64,000 bases of DNA from Cenococcum geophilum. Lineage: Eukaryota. The position numbers were made by a program, and so were the translations under genes. The stretch is from positions 28,954,001 to 29,018,000 of the forward strand of contig CP158635.1 in assembly GCA_050273025.1 (NCBI GenBank), given 5' to 3'. Below the pieces are notes generated by a model. It was not told where the DNA came from. It searched no databases and saw only the letters and a list, made by a program, of their open reading frames with translations. Each line of letters opens with the position of its first letter. Positions within the stretch are counted from its first letter, which is position 1. Below, piece after piece: positions 1 through 11,200 of the stretch.

Positions 1-1670
1 TTAAGCTTATAGTAGTTAATACAGAAATAAAGTCCTCTATTTAGCTTTTTAGTAAAGAAAATAGGTAAGTTAAAAGGGGCTTAACTAGGCTCAATAAAGC
101 CCTTATCTAGGTTATTAATAAGATACTACTTTATAGCCTATAATTCGGCAGTAAATTGCTGTTAGAGGGGGCTATAGCTAAGGGTAACCACCTTATCCGG
201 CTTAATTTTAATCTTATAGTTGTATGGTTAGTAAGGCGGGAGTATATTAGACGCTGCTTTAGAGAAGGTGTTTTTAAATTTCTAGTATTAACGGGGCAGT
301 TTTTATTCTACTAGCTCCTTATCTATAAGCTTACCTTTCTCTTAGGCTAGGGCTTCTTTCTTTTTAATTATTTAATTAATTTTGTATAAGCTAGTTATAA
401 AGGTAACAGTATTAGGCTAAACTAGGTTTTAGTAGAATCCTATAGTACTAATATAGCAGATATTAACTAGCGGAAGGTCTATAGGTTTCTTTATAGATAT
501 TTATTAGGCCGTATTTTGCAGTATAGGGTTTATAGTCTTTCTTAGCTTACATTTTATTTTCCATAAGTTATCCTTCTAGTCTATTAGTTCGGTATATCGT
601 CTAATATCCCTAGCCTTTCTTTGTAGCTGCGTAGGGCCTAAGTTCTCTATTAGGGACTTAGCTAGGCTACTACCGACTTCCTAAGTCTTTAGTACGGGTA
701 GTGTAACATAGGTAGTCTGGGGGCGGCGTAGTATATAGATTTATTGCGGATTAAGCTATATATCCTTCTTAAAAGCCTAGTCCCTATACGTTGTATCGGC
801 CTAGTAAACGGTGTTTATCTACGGCCGTATAAGGTTTTCCATTATAATACTAATCTCTTTTATAAAGGAAGGCGTTAGGGGTATAGTTTTGGGCTAGATA
901 AGTTGCCTATTCCGTATATTAAGCTATAAGCCTAAATAGGCTAGCTATTTTCTCCCTAAGATTATATTATAGCTTCTAAGGTCCGTAATAAGGAAGGGGA
1001 CGTTATATTACCTTCGTCCGTTAACGCGGAGGTAGATTCGTAAGATAGTTATAATAGGTAGTTCTATCCGTCTATTATAACCGCAAATAGGGACTAGCTT
1101 AGGTAGTTCTTTAAGGGGTATATTTAAAAAGTTAGCTAGTTTTGCAGCGCACTTTATATTAATTAAGGTAAAGGTATTTGCTCCTAAGTTAGCTAAAGTA
1201 GAAGTTAAAACTTAATATCTATTGCGAAATAAAGTATAAGAGATAGTGTAGCTTCTTCTACTAACTAGCCGACCTAAATCGATATGTAATATATTAATCC
1301 CTTTTAACCCTAGAGAGGAGTCTTTTTTTAAGGTTTCTCTTTTTCCGGCTCCATAATATCCTCCTAAATTAATAGGACCTCGTTTATCTTTGCCTTTATT
1401 AGGCAGTTCCTTATAGGGTAGCCTATTTAACTATATAAGAAGTAAGCTCCTTAATTGCTAAGGGCCTATATATAGTGGTCGCTATATATAGGCCGGGTGT
1501 ACACTAGGCCCGTAGTAGGGATAGCTACGTAGCTAGCTACTAGGTTAACTATAGGAGTTACTAATTATGCTAGGGCACTACAGGCCGTACTTATAGTACT
1601 TATAGCTTAGCTTATAAGGTTTCTAGTTTTTAGCTAATTAGCGTGTGCCTTAATTTAATAGAGGCCTTAG

Positions 1671-4600
1671 TTTTTTTTTTTTTTATATCCGTTGTATTAT
1701 ACTACGTATAATACTACGTATGCAGCCTTTAGGCTATAGCGCTATAGTTTTATATACATAAATCCTTTCTAGGCAGCTTAATATGTACTAGTAGCTATGT
1801 CCTAGTAGTTTATAAATCCCTAAGCTAGGGATTTATAGCTTCCTAATAAGATACTAGGTTGCTAACAACTATTAGGTAGTAAGAAAACGATAGGAAAATA
1901 GAAGAAAAAATTAGAATAAAATTATAAATAATCCTAACGCCTGTCCCTGTCCTTTTTATAGTTCATTTCTGTCCTTTTGCTTTCTATGGTCTATCTACTA
2001 GGACTTTAGTAGGAGTTGCCTCCTTTTAGAGATCCTTCTGCTCTTAGCCACTTCCTAGTAGCTATTTTTGTCCTACTTAAGAATAGAAAAAGCGCCCTTC
2101 TTCCTTTCTTTGTACAAAAAAGCTTCTTTAAGGAGAGAGAAGAGCCTATTTATCTTTGTATTTCCTTTCTATCTTCCCAATGTAGTCTGCATTCTAGTAA
2201 GAGGTGCGTAGGGGTTTGTACCGCGGTACAGTCCTTAAAGCATCTACCTTCTTTATCCTTCCCTATTGTTTTAGAGAAGGATTTAAAAAAGCCTTTTCCT
2301 AGTTTTAGTTGAAAGAAAGCTGATTGTAGCTTTTTAGGATATTTATCCTTAGTGGCTTTAAAAGAGAAAGGGTAGTTTCCTTTACAGATTCTAGTATAGT
2401 GTTTTCCTTTGCTTTTATTCTGTTGCTAATTATTTTTCCACTATTCTAGTATCTTTTCTCTTGCTTATTTCCCTAGGTGGGCTAAGGAAGAATAAGAAGA
2501 TTGTATTTTTCTTCTAGAGAGGCCCTTTTTAGCTAGTTTATCTGCTATTTCATTTCCGTAAATTCCTAGGTGGCTAGGGACCCAATAGAAGTTAATAGAG
2601 ATATTCCTACTAGCTAGATAGGAACAGCTTTGCGTAATTTTAAAGACTAGTTCTTGCCCTCCTGTAAGAGAATTAAGCTGTAATCTCTTAATAGCTGCTT
2701 AGCTATCTATAAAGATATAAACCTGTTTCTCTTCTAGTCTTTGTTATTTTAGGTATTCTAGGGCCCTATAGACTGCATAAAGCTCTACGTCCATAATTTC
2801 CATATAGGGCCCTAGATTCTAATTTGTTGCATATTTAATCCTATTTCTCTCTCCTATTTTGCATACGGCTGCTACATTTAATTTATTGTCTTTAGAGCCA
2901 TCTATATAGTATATATCTACTAGGTCCCACTTTAGGGATTCTTATAGATTTTTTACTAGTCTTAGATGTTCTTGTGCAGCTTCTTCTTTACTACCCTTAG
3001 AGATAGAAAAGAAAGCGGGAATAAGAGGAGACCACGGTTTTTGCCAGTTTAGAAAGACTCTCTCTATATTCTAATTTTGGATTAGCTTCTAAACTCTAGT
3101 GGTTAGAGATAGTAGCTGTGTTTTTGGCTATAAGAGGTACTTTATAGTAGAGTTTTTAGGGCTAGAATTAGAGCTAGAACTAGCTGCTAGTTCGTCCCTA
3201 TCTTTATTAACCTCTTCTATATAGGCCTTTTTAATTGCGTAATTTTCCTTAAATTTTAGGATTTTTAATGCGTAGTTATTGCAAAGCTTTTTAAATCTAA
3301 TTCTAGGGGGAGGAGTAGAAGCTTCAATCTCTATAGCTTGGCTTAAAGATCCTCTAAACGCTCCTAGAACTAGTTTTAGGGCCTCATTTTGTAGAGATTG
3401 GTACCTAGCTAGTAAGTAGTCTCTAGATTTGCTTTTCCACCAGCATTATACTCCGTAGTCTGCTATAGTAGTAACGCAGGCTATATAGAGCTGTCGAAGG
3501 GCTTATAGGGATAGACCTCTTTATATATTGCCTAGTCTTCTAATTAAATAGAAGGCTGCTTTTGCTTTAGAGATTTTTATTTCCACATATTGTTTAAAAG
3601 TAAGCTTAGAGTCTAGGAATACTCCTAACCACCTAACTAGGGGTTTAGGGGATATTTCTACGTCTCCTAGCTTTAGCCCTTCCTCTATAGTAGTACGCTT
3701 ATTATAGAAGTGTATAAGCTCTATTTTGCCAATATCAAAGCTAATAGCAGCTTCCTTAGCTTTAGACATTAGCTCTCGCGCAATCCTCTCTAGCTTTTTG
3801 CAGTTAGATTTAGTAGAGTTTAATATAACCGTAATTACAAAATCGTCCATATAGCTAAGGGAGTAGGCTCCTTCTATCTCTAGCCTACAGATATTACGTA
3901 GATATAGTAGAAATAAAATAGGGGATATAGGCGATCCCTATGGTATCCCTGTTTCTAGTTCTACTTTTTCTTATATTTACCTATTAAAGGAGAGCTATAT
4001 CTTTCTATTACTTAGGAAAGTAGCCACCCATTATATAAACGCTATAGGTAGTCCTAGTTCCTTACAGATAGATAGAAGCTGGTTTTTAGAGACATAGTTA
4101 AAAGCCCCCTTTACGTCTAGGAATAACGTAGTAGCTATCCTTTGTCTAGCTTTTTTCCTACTATTTTTAGATTGTATATTATTTAGAAGTAGTAAAACTA
4201 CGTCTATTACGGACCACTGTCTTCTTCCTCCTAGTTGTAAATCTTAAAGTAAGCTAGTAGTACTAGCTAGATATCCTAATCTAGTAGCAAAGATCTTCTC
4301 TAAAGTCTTTCCTAGGCAGTTTAATAGGGAGATAGGTCTATAGGACTTTGGTAGAGAATAGTCCTCCTTATTTACTTTAGGAAGAATAACTCCTCGAGCT
4401 TCTCTCCATACCTTTGGCTAATAGCCTAGGCAGGTAGTTATATAGTAGAGTTCTACATACCTACTTATCTAGGCCTCTACCCCAGTTTTCTAGTAACAGT
4501 CCTAGACCTCTAGGCCCTTAGGCCTAGGGGGGCTTTCTATAAGCAGTTAGCTTTGCTACCACCTAACACGGGGATTCTCACCAGTTCTTTTGGATATCTT

Positions 4601-6161
4601 ATAACGGGATTAGCCCAAGTACCAGTCCGCCCCCTAGTGGTCTGTATAAGAGTTTCCTCCTAGAGTTGGTATGCTTTTGCACGGCTTAGGAGCCTTCCAT
4701 AGCCTCTAGTTTTACGCCTTCTTCATTATTTCCGCCGGCACGGGCATAAGCTACCATTTGCAGGGGTCGCAACTCCCGTCTTACATGCCTACTGGCGTAA
4801 TCCTACAAGGGCGTCGTAGCTGCATCCTGCAATATAGAAAGCCTTAGGTGCACCTTCTACGGTTAAGGCCCAGCCAAAACCTTTCCGCCTAAGTAACTCC
4901 TGTTTGCTCCATAAGCACGTCTCACCGGCATACCGTCCTAGCGATCGAACGGTTCCGTCTGTTGATGTACCGACACGCGCATCCGTTCTCTCGAGCCACG
5001 TAGTAGTCTCTCCGGCCAGGACGTGATCCTGCCTGCCTACCAGGTGCACTAGGGGTCAGAGCCCAGCTAAGGGGTAAGGTCCCTAGAGCCAGCAGTGGCT
5101 ACTACACACTACGCCCCGCAACTACACTAGGTAGTCGTTTCGCGTTGCCTATAAGAGTCTCCTCATAACAGGCCGACTGTGTCTTGCAGAATAGGTTATA
5201 GACTAGGTCCCGTGCCAGGCGACCTACCCTACTCCATTCTACTAACCAAGCTTGTGTCCCCCCTTTGTATAAGCTGGCCTGTGTCTCTAACTATCGAGTC
5301 CTCGTACGACTGGCCTGTGTTTCCTTAGAGCCTCCCCCATATGTATATGCGCAGGTTGCGTGCACCACGCCTATTAAGACCCTCCTGTGAGTCACCTGGT
5401 CGAACGCCATGGGGCCGTCGAAGCTGGCCTGTGTTTCCGCTGCCTAGAGCTTTGCCCGTGTTTCTACCTCGTTGAGCCGTCTGGTCGCCGTCGCGTCGCC
5501 GTCGCGTCGCTGTCGCGTCGCTGTCGCGTCTCTGTCGTCCAGGTCGCGCGCACCACGCCTATTAAGACCCTCTTCTGAGTCTCCTGGATGTACCGGATAG
5601 GCTCTCGTAGAGGAGCCTTAACGAGTTCTCTAGGCAGGGCCTTAACAAGTTCTTCGCGGTGCCCTTAGGGCCTTAACAAGTTTCGTACGAGGTGTCTGCG
5701 ACGCGTTAACCTTAACAAGTTCTTATAAAAAAGAGGTTCCCTACGCCCTCGCCGTTGCGATCTCAGAGCTAGTGCAAGCCCAAGGGTGTCCTGTCGTACG
5801 CATAGGACGCGTCCGCATCCGCTGGCTTGATAAGGCCAGTTTCGGCCCTAGCTACGAGCTAGGTAGTCGTACGTCGGGTGGTTTTCGTATCCCAGTTTCC
5901 CTTGATTGATTGCCTCCCTAGATGGTAGAGCGGGAGCCTCAAGCGGAGGCAGTGAGGCTCCTGGTGATGTTGGGGGCGATGCTTTGTACGATGCTTCGTA
6001 CGCGTCGCGAGCTCAACACCACAGAACCGCGACGACAGCGCGCTGCACGCGCTACGACGGCTCTCTACCATCGCCTCTACACTTGGCCATCGTAAGGAAG
6101 GGTTTCCTGATGATGTTTCCACCCGCGGCGACGTGGACGCGTGCAGTAGGGCTTCGCGGGC
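1671..6161 (-). mobile_element. Chimeric non-LTR retro-insertion: 1.73 kb unknown 5' segment + 5'-truncated Tad1-like LINE with poly(A) tail
   Basis: Poly(T)14 at 1671-1684 is the poly(A) tail on the minus strand. Direct repeat GAGGCCTTAG(TT) at 1661-1670 and 6162-6171 is the TSD, and the Gypsy A gag frame is restored when the insert is removed. Only ~1945-4430 aligns to the LINE at 35501-37980. Confidence 0.88.
2006..4430 (-). pseudogene. LINE ORF2 fragment (RT, RNase H, C-terminal CCHC), RIP-inactivated
   Basis: SYRPISLLNCLGKTLEK, FLDVRGAFNYV, GSPISPILFLLY, YMDD (ORF track 3521..3850), RNase H YYIDGSK and WVPSHLGIYGNE. Confidence 0.93.
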
Positions 6162-7140
6162 GAGGCCTTAGTTAATAGCTAGGTAATAGTCTATAAGTTC
6201 CTTTAACGTCTATACCATAGTATAAGCTAGCAATACGGCCCGCTATAGGTCTAGGGTAAGCTTGTTAAAGAGGTTTAGTAGTAGGTCTTTCTAGGGGATC
6301 TAGGCCTATCTAGCTAGGTATAGAAAGCGGGTTTAAAAGGCCAAAAAGGTCTCCGTTGTTTTTATATTTAGGCTTTTATAGCTAAGGCGGGCGTTTTATA
6401 CTTTAAAAGGGTCTTTATAAATAAAAGATAAGTATTTAATTATTTCTTCTTTAGAGATAAAGGGGTTTATTAAGTCTTTAGTATATCGCGGGCGTAAATA
6501 TGTCTAGGCGTCTTCACTAGTATAGCTAAAAACATAGGCCATTTTAGCTCGGGCGTTAGGGAAATAGTCTATATTAACTTTAAGCTTATCCTATAATTAA
6601 AGCTTCTAATTATTAAATATAGGGTTAGTTCCGTCTGTAAGTAGCGGGGGATCCATAACCTTTACTAACCGCTTTAGTGCTGTATAGGTCTTAGTAGGTC
6701 TACTAAGGCGCTAGAATAGGGCCTAAAGGACTATAGTAAGTCTTTAGTTGTCTAATAATAACTCATTATTAGATATAGGGGTATCTCTAGCTTCGAGCAG
6801 CTCTCGCAGTCGTTTAATTTCGGTATTAGTAGCCGCAAGCTCCGCCTAGGGGGTTAAAACGTTAATTATTTCTTTATCTAAAGTATTTAAGAGTCCTACA
6901 GCTGCTTTACCTACTACTGTGGTTCGTGGTATAATGGTAGGGGTATTAGGTAATTCTGGGTAATTTCTTTAAGGGTTCTAGTCTGTGTGTATCTTATAGG
7001 TCCTTTTCTTAGGGTTCTATTCTTTTCTTTTAGGTCCTGTCCTAATAGTCCTAGTAATGTCCTTAGGGTCCTATTTTATATTCTTATAGATATATTTAAG
7101 TTCCTTCTTAGGAAAAAAGAGTAGAGTGAGCTTTAGATAA

Positions 7141-7367
7141 TATTAGCGACTTAGTTAATTAAGATATAAGTATAGCAAAAGGGTCGCGCAAGCCTATATA
7201 ATTGGATTGTCTATAAACAAAAATCTAAAGCTAGGGAAAGGAAAGGAGAAGAAGAGTAGCGCCGTTTGGTGTTTTATAAGATCTTTGCGTTATATAATCG
7301 CAATATGCGGCAACCTATAGCAATTTGTGGCAACTTGCTGGTGCGAAGTTCTGCCAGTACCGTAACA
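7141..7367 (-). repeat. 5' LTR of Gypsy A (~227 bp)
   Basis: TG start at 7367 and RIP-altered end (...CGCTAATA) at 7141. Followed by a PBS-position sequence TTATCTAAAGCTCAC resembling that of element C. The partner LTR is outside the window, so the inner boundary is inferred. Confidence 0.7.
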
Positions 7368-8210
7368 ATAACTCCTTATTATAGACGTTATAGTTTAACT
7401 CTAGTAGTATTATCTTTCTACTATAATATAATACTAGGTACTATACGTCCTTATACTTCTATAGTAAGTATACTCCTAATATATAATCTAATATATCTAT
7501 TTCTATAACCGTATCTAGTTCTAGTTAGTAGATTTTAAAGATTAGCTCCTAGGTAAATAACTCTTTAAGTTCCTTAAATAACTTCTTTTATTTATCTCCC
7601 TATACCTATAGTTCCTCTTTCTTTATAAGCCTAGTAAATGGTTTAATATTCTTTAACTATTATATTATTAACCTTCTATAGTAGTTACAAAACCCTAAGA
7701 ATAACCTTAACTATATTACATTCTCTAGTTCTTACTAACTTACTATAGCTTTAATTTTCTTCAAGTCTATACTAATATAACCTAGTTTAATAATAAATCT
7801 AATAAAATCAGTCTTTCTTATAAAGAACTTATATTTCTTAATTATTACTAGCATCTATTCTTCTTACAGTGTCTTTAAAACCCATTTAACGTATTCCCCG
7901 TATTCTTTCTTAGTTATTAAGTAGATAATAATGTTATTAAGGTATACTATAATAAACTCATTAAGGTGTTCTCCTAATATACTATTATTTTTTTTTAAAA
8001 ATATTACTAGTATATTTATTAATCCGAATTATATAATTAATAGTTTATATAGTCCTTCTCTTAATCTAAAGGCTGCTTTTTATTTATTACCTTCCTTAAT
8101 TCTAATTTAATAGTATACCTATCTTAGATCTATCTTTATAAAGATTTATATATTACCTATCTAATCTTAGATTTCGCTAATTAAGGGTAAAGGATACCTA
8201 TCCTTTTAAG

Positions 8211-11200
8211 TGTAACGGCGCTATCGCACGTTACCTGCCAAATTCTGCTAAATTCTGCCGACCTATAATTGGCCCGCCCAAAGCTAGCGCCTTAGCGGCT
8301 TACCCTACATATTTATTTACATCGGTCCTAGCGACCCCTTTTTCCTTCTCTTTAGCTTAGTATCTTTGTAATATAGCATTCTACAAGCTTTAGTTTAGAG
8401 GCATTTATATAAGCTGTAATATTATACTAAGCTCACCTTACCTTGCCTAGGAAGGCCTTAATAATATTCCACCCTAAAGAAACTTTGTCTACAACAACGC
8501 ATTAACGCGCTATACTTAGACACTAAAATAACACTACATTACCTGGGAAGGCCTAGATAATATCCTAATTTATAAGCTAAATAGAACCGGACCTATACCC
8601 TTAAAATTAAAACTAAAGCGTATAATATTAATAAACCTTAGGAAGCTAATAATGGTACCTAAAGTAAGCTTATTTAAGAGAGCTGCCTTTACCTAAGAGG
8701 AACCTAAGATTTAATTAGGATTAGAAATTAAAGATAATAATAACGTTATAGACGTACGCGAGTAGATTCGCGCCCTCGCAGCTAGCTAGGAAGCCGATTA
8801 TCTTAAAGCAAGAAATATATAAAAGACTTTATAAGAGATTCTAGAAAGCCTTATAGCCCTATAATATAGTCTAGCTTCCCCTTCTTAAAGCCCTAGCTAA
8901 CCTATTTACTCTACTAAATATAATACACTAGGGAGTACGGATATAATAACGAAGTAATTAAAATCTATTAAGCTCTCTAACACCCTACTACTATCTAACA
9001 GAATAGACCCTATATTTAAAAATTAGAGGATTTAAGTACAAGGAAAGCTTTATATTAACTATAACTATTTCCTTTTTAAAGAAGCTAAAATACTCTACCT
9101 CTTTAGTCGAACTACTGGGGACGCCTAATGGCACCTTTAAGCTAAGTTTAAGGACGACTTCCCTATCTAATTTATATCTATTAACGAGATAATATGGTGC
9201 CTAGCGGCTATCTATATTAACCTAAATAAAGTATAGGATGCCTAGTATAACTATAATCGCCTAATAATAAAACCGAATTAACCCTTTGCTAAATTCTAGA
9301 CTTCATTTTTATATCTTATAGGAGAAAGCTAGGTTCCCCTTAAGAACTACCGATTAGACCTCTACGATAAGCTAATAATTTAGCTATAAGAGAAGATTGC
9401 TGTAACCTTAAATAACCTACTAACTTATAATAAACTCGCAGCTTATTACCTATTATTAGACTTAAAACTAAAGCGGATTAAAGCCTATTCTAATTAGTAA
9501 AAACGACTCTATAGCGATCGGAACTCGCTAGCTATATCTATAGGAGCTAGAGTAGGAAGATAAGCTATAACTGCTTTTATACTAAAAGCGGTTATAACTA
9601 CGCACTAGTAAGCGACGCCTAACTAGCTACGTACTACGCTAGCGACTAGTATTTGCTATAATACTCTAATTAACCCTACTTTAGCTACTTACTATAAATA
9701 TAATAAGAAGGGTTATTTTACTTTATTCTACCTAGAGCTAAAGGATATAAGCAATATTAAGGAGATAAAGGAAGGAGAAACGTCTAATAAGTTAGAAAAA
9801 GAAGAACCCTAGGGAAAGACTCCCCCTAAGGTACCCTATTAATCTTAAAGAAATTAATCTTAGTTAGTTAATAGGTAGAAAGCATTTTATAGTTCTATAT
9901 ATAGTATCCCAGAATATATATAGAGTTAATATAACCGCCCTTATTAACACTAGAGTAAATAGCTTTACCTTTATAAATACTGCCTATATAAATAATATTG
10001 CTAAGTTTCTAAATATAGAAGCCATCTAATTAGAGAAGCCTATTTAGGTAAAAGGCTATAACAGCTAAGCCGGTTAGCTTATTACCCACGTCTTAAAGTT
10101 ATATATTACTTTTAACAGATAACGCTAATATAGTATTCCCTTTTATATCCTAGACCTAGGGTCCTATAATATAATCCTTAAATAAAAATAGATGTCCTAT
10201 TTAAATATTTAGTTAAACGTATAATAAAGACAGTTTATCTAGCCGGAGGATAGACTAAGGTTACTCTTTTTTATTAGGGAGATCCAAACTAACCGTAAGA
10301 TACTAGTTATAAGGGCTAACCCTACCTACTAGTAGGATATCTAGGCCCGTAACCTAGCCTTTACCTAAAAAAACGCCCGCCGCGAAGCTGGAAAGAACTT
10401 TATACTAATAAAGATACTCTTCTAAAGCTCTATATTTAAAAAGGACTCTATATATAGAAGCGGGATAGATAGTAATATAGATAACATCTAAATTATATAG
10501 ATTTAACCAGTATAGAAAAGAACGTATTAGTAGAATATAAGGGATAACCTCTAAAAGATATAATAAAAGCTAAAAGGAGTAATAATAACGCTAGTACCCT
10601 AAAAGTCCCTAAAGTTATATACGCCCCTATTATTAGGCAAACCCCCTATTATAAATATCGCTATAATTAGCGCTATAGCGTTCTACTTTAATATATACCA
10701 GAAGGATAATAAGGTCTTTATAATAAGCCTATATAAGATTAACCAAATTACTAATAATAGAGAGAAAAGGCTAGCTAAGGAAACCAATAAGGAACTAGTT
10801 AAATGCCTTCTTTTTACCATTTATATAGATTATAAGGATATATTCTTAAAAGTAGCATTAGATAAGTTACCCCCTTACTAGATATATAATTATAAGATTT
10901 AATTAGAAGCTAATAACTCGCTAAGCTATAGCTCCCTCTACTATTAATTAATAGATAAGCTAAAAGTAATAAAGTAGTACTTAATTAATAACCTACATAA
11001 AGGGTTTATCAAGCTAAATTAAGCCCCTTTTACTTTCCCTATTTTATTTATAAAAAAGCCTAATAAAGGCCTTTATTTTTATATTAACTATTAAAAGCTA
11101 AACACTATTACTTAAAAGGACTAGTATTCTATTTCCATAATTAATAAGACCCTTATATGTCTAAGCTAGGCAAAGATCTTTACCAAACTTAATATCCGCT

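Larger units (their letters stand above)
1..7367 (-). mobile_element. Ty3/Gypsy LTR retrotransposon A (RIP-degraded; 3' part runs off the window start; gag interrupted by chimeric LINE at 1671-6161)
   Basis: Minus strand: 5' LTR starts TGTTACGG at 7367. Gag reads ...DPPLLTDGTNPIFNN*KL*L*DKLKVNIDYFPNARAKMAYVF (~6520-6660) and resumes at 1670. The gag/pol junction is near 1340, followed by a protease region. RT start KKLNRGLYFCINYYKL lies at 1-50. Confidence 0.9.

Noticed and set aside
2016..2312. 98-aa ORF on plus strand
   Set aside because: Antisense to the LINE ORF2 C-terminus; no independent evidence.
6100..6160. CTGATGA as a possible hammerhead ribozyme core
   Set aside because: No downstream stem II + GAAA, and it is on the strand opposite the inserted RNA.
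4789..6175. Four short ORFs in the GC-rich captured segment
   Set aside because: Non-ATG starts, overlapping on both strands, no motifs; expected by chance in GC-rich DNA.
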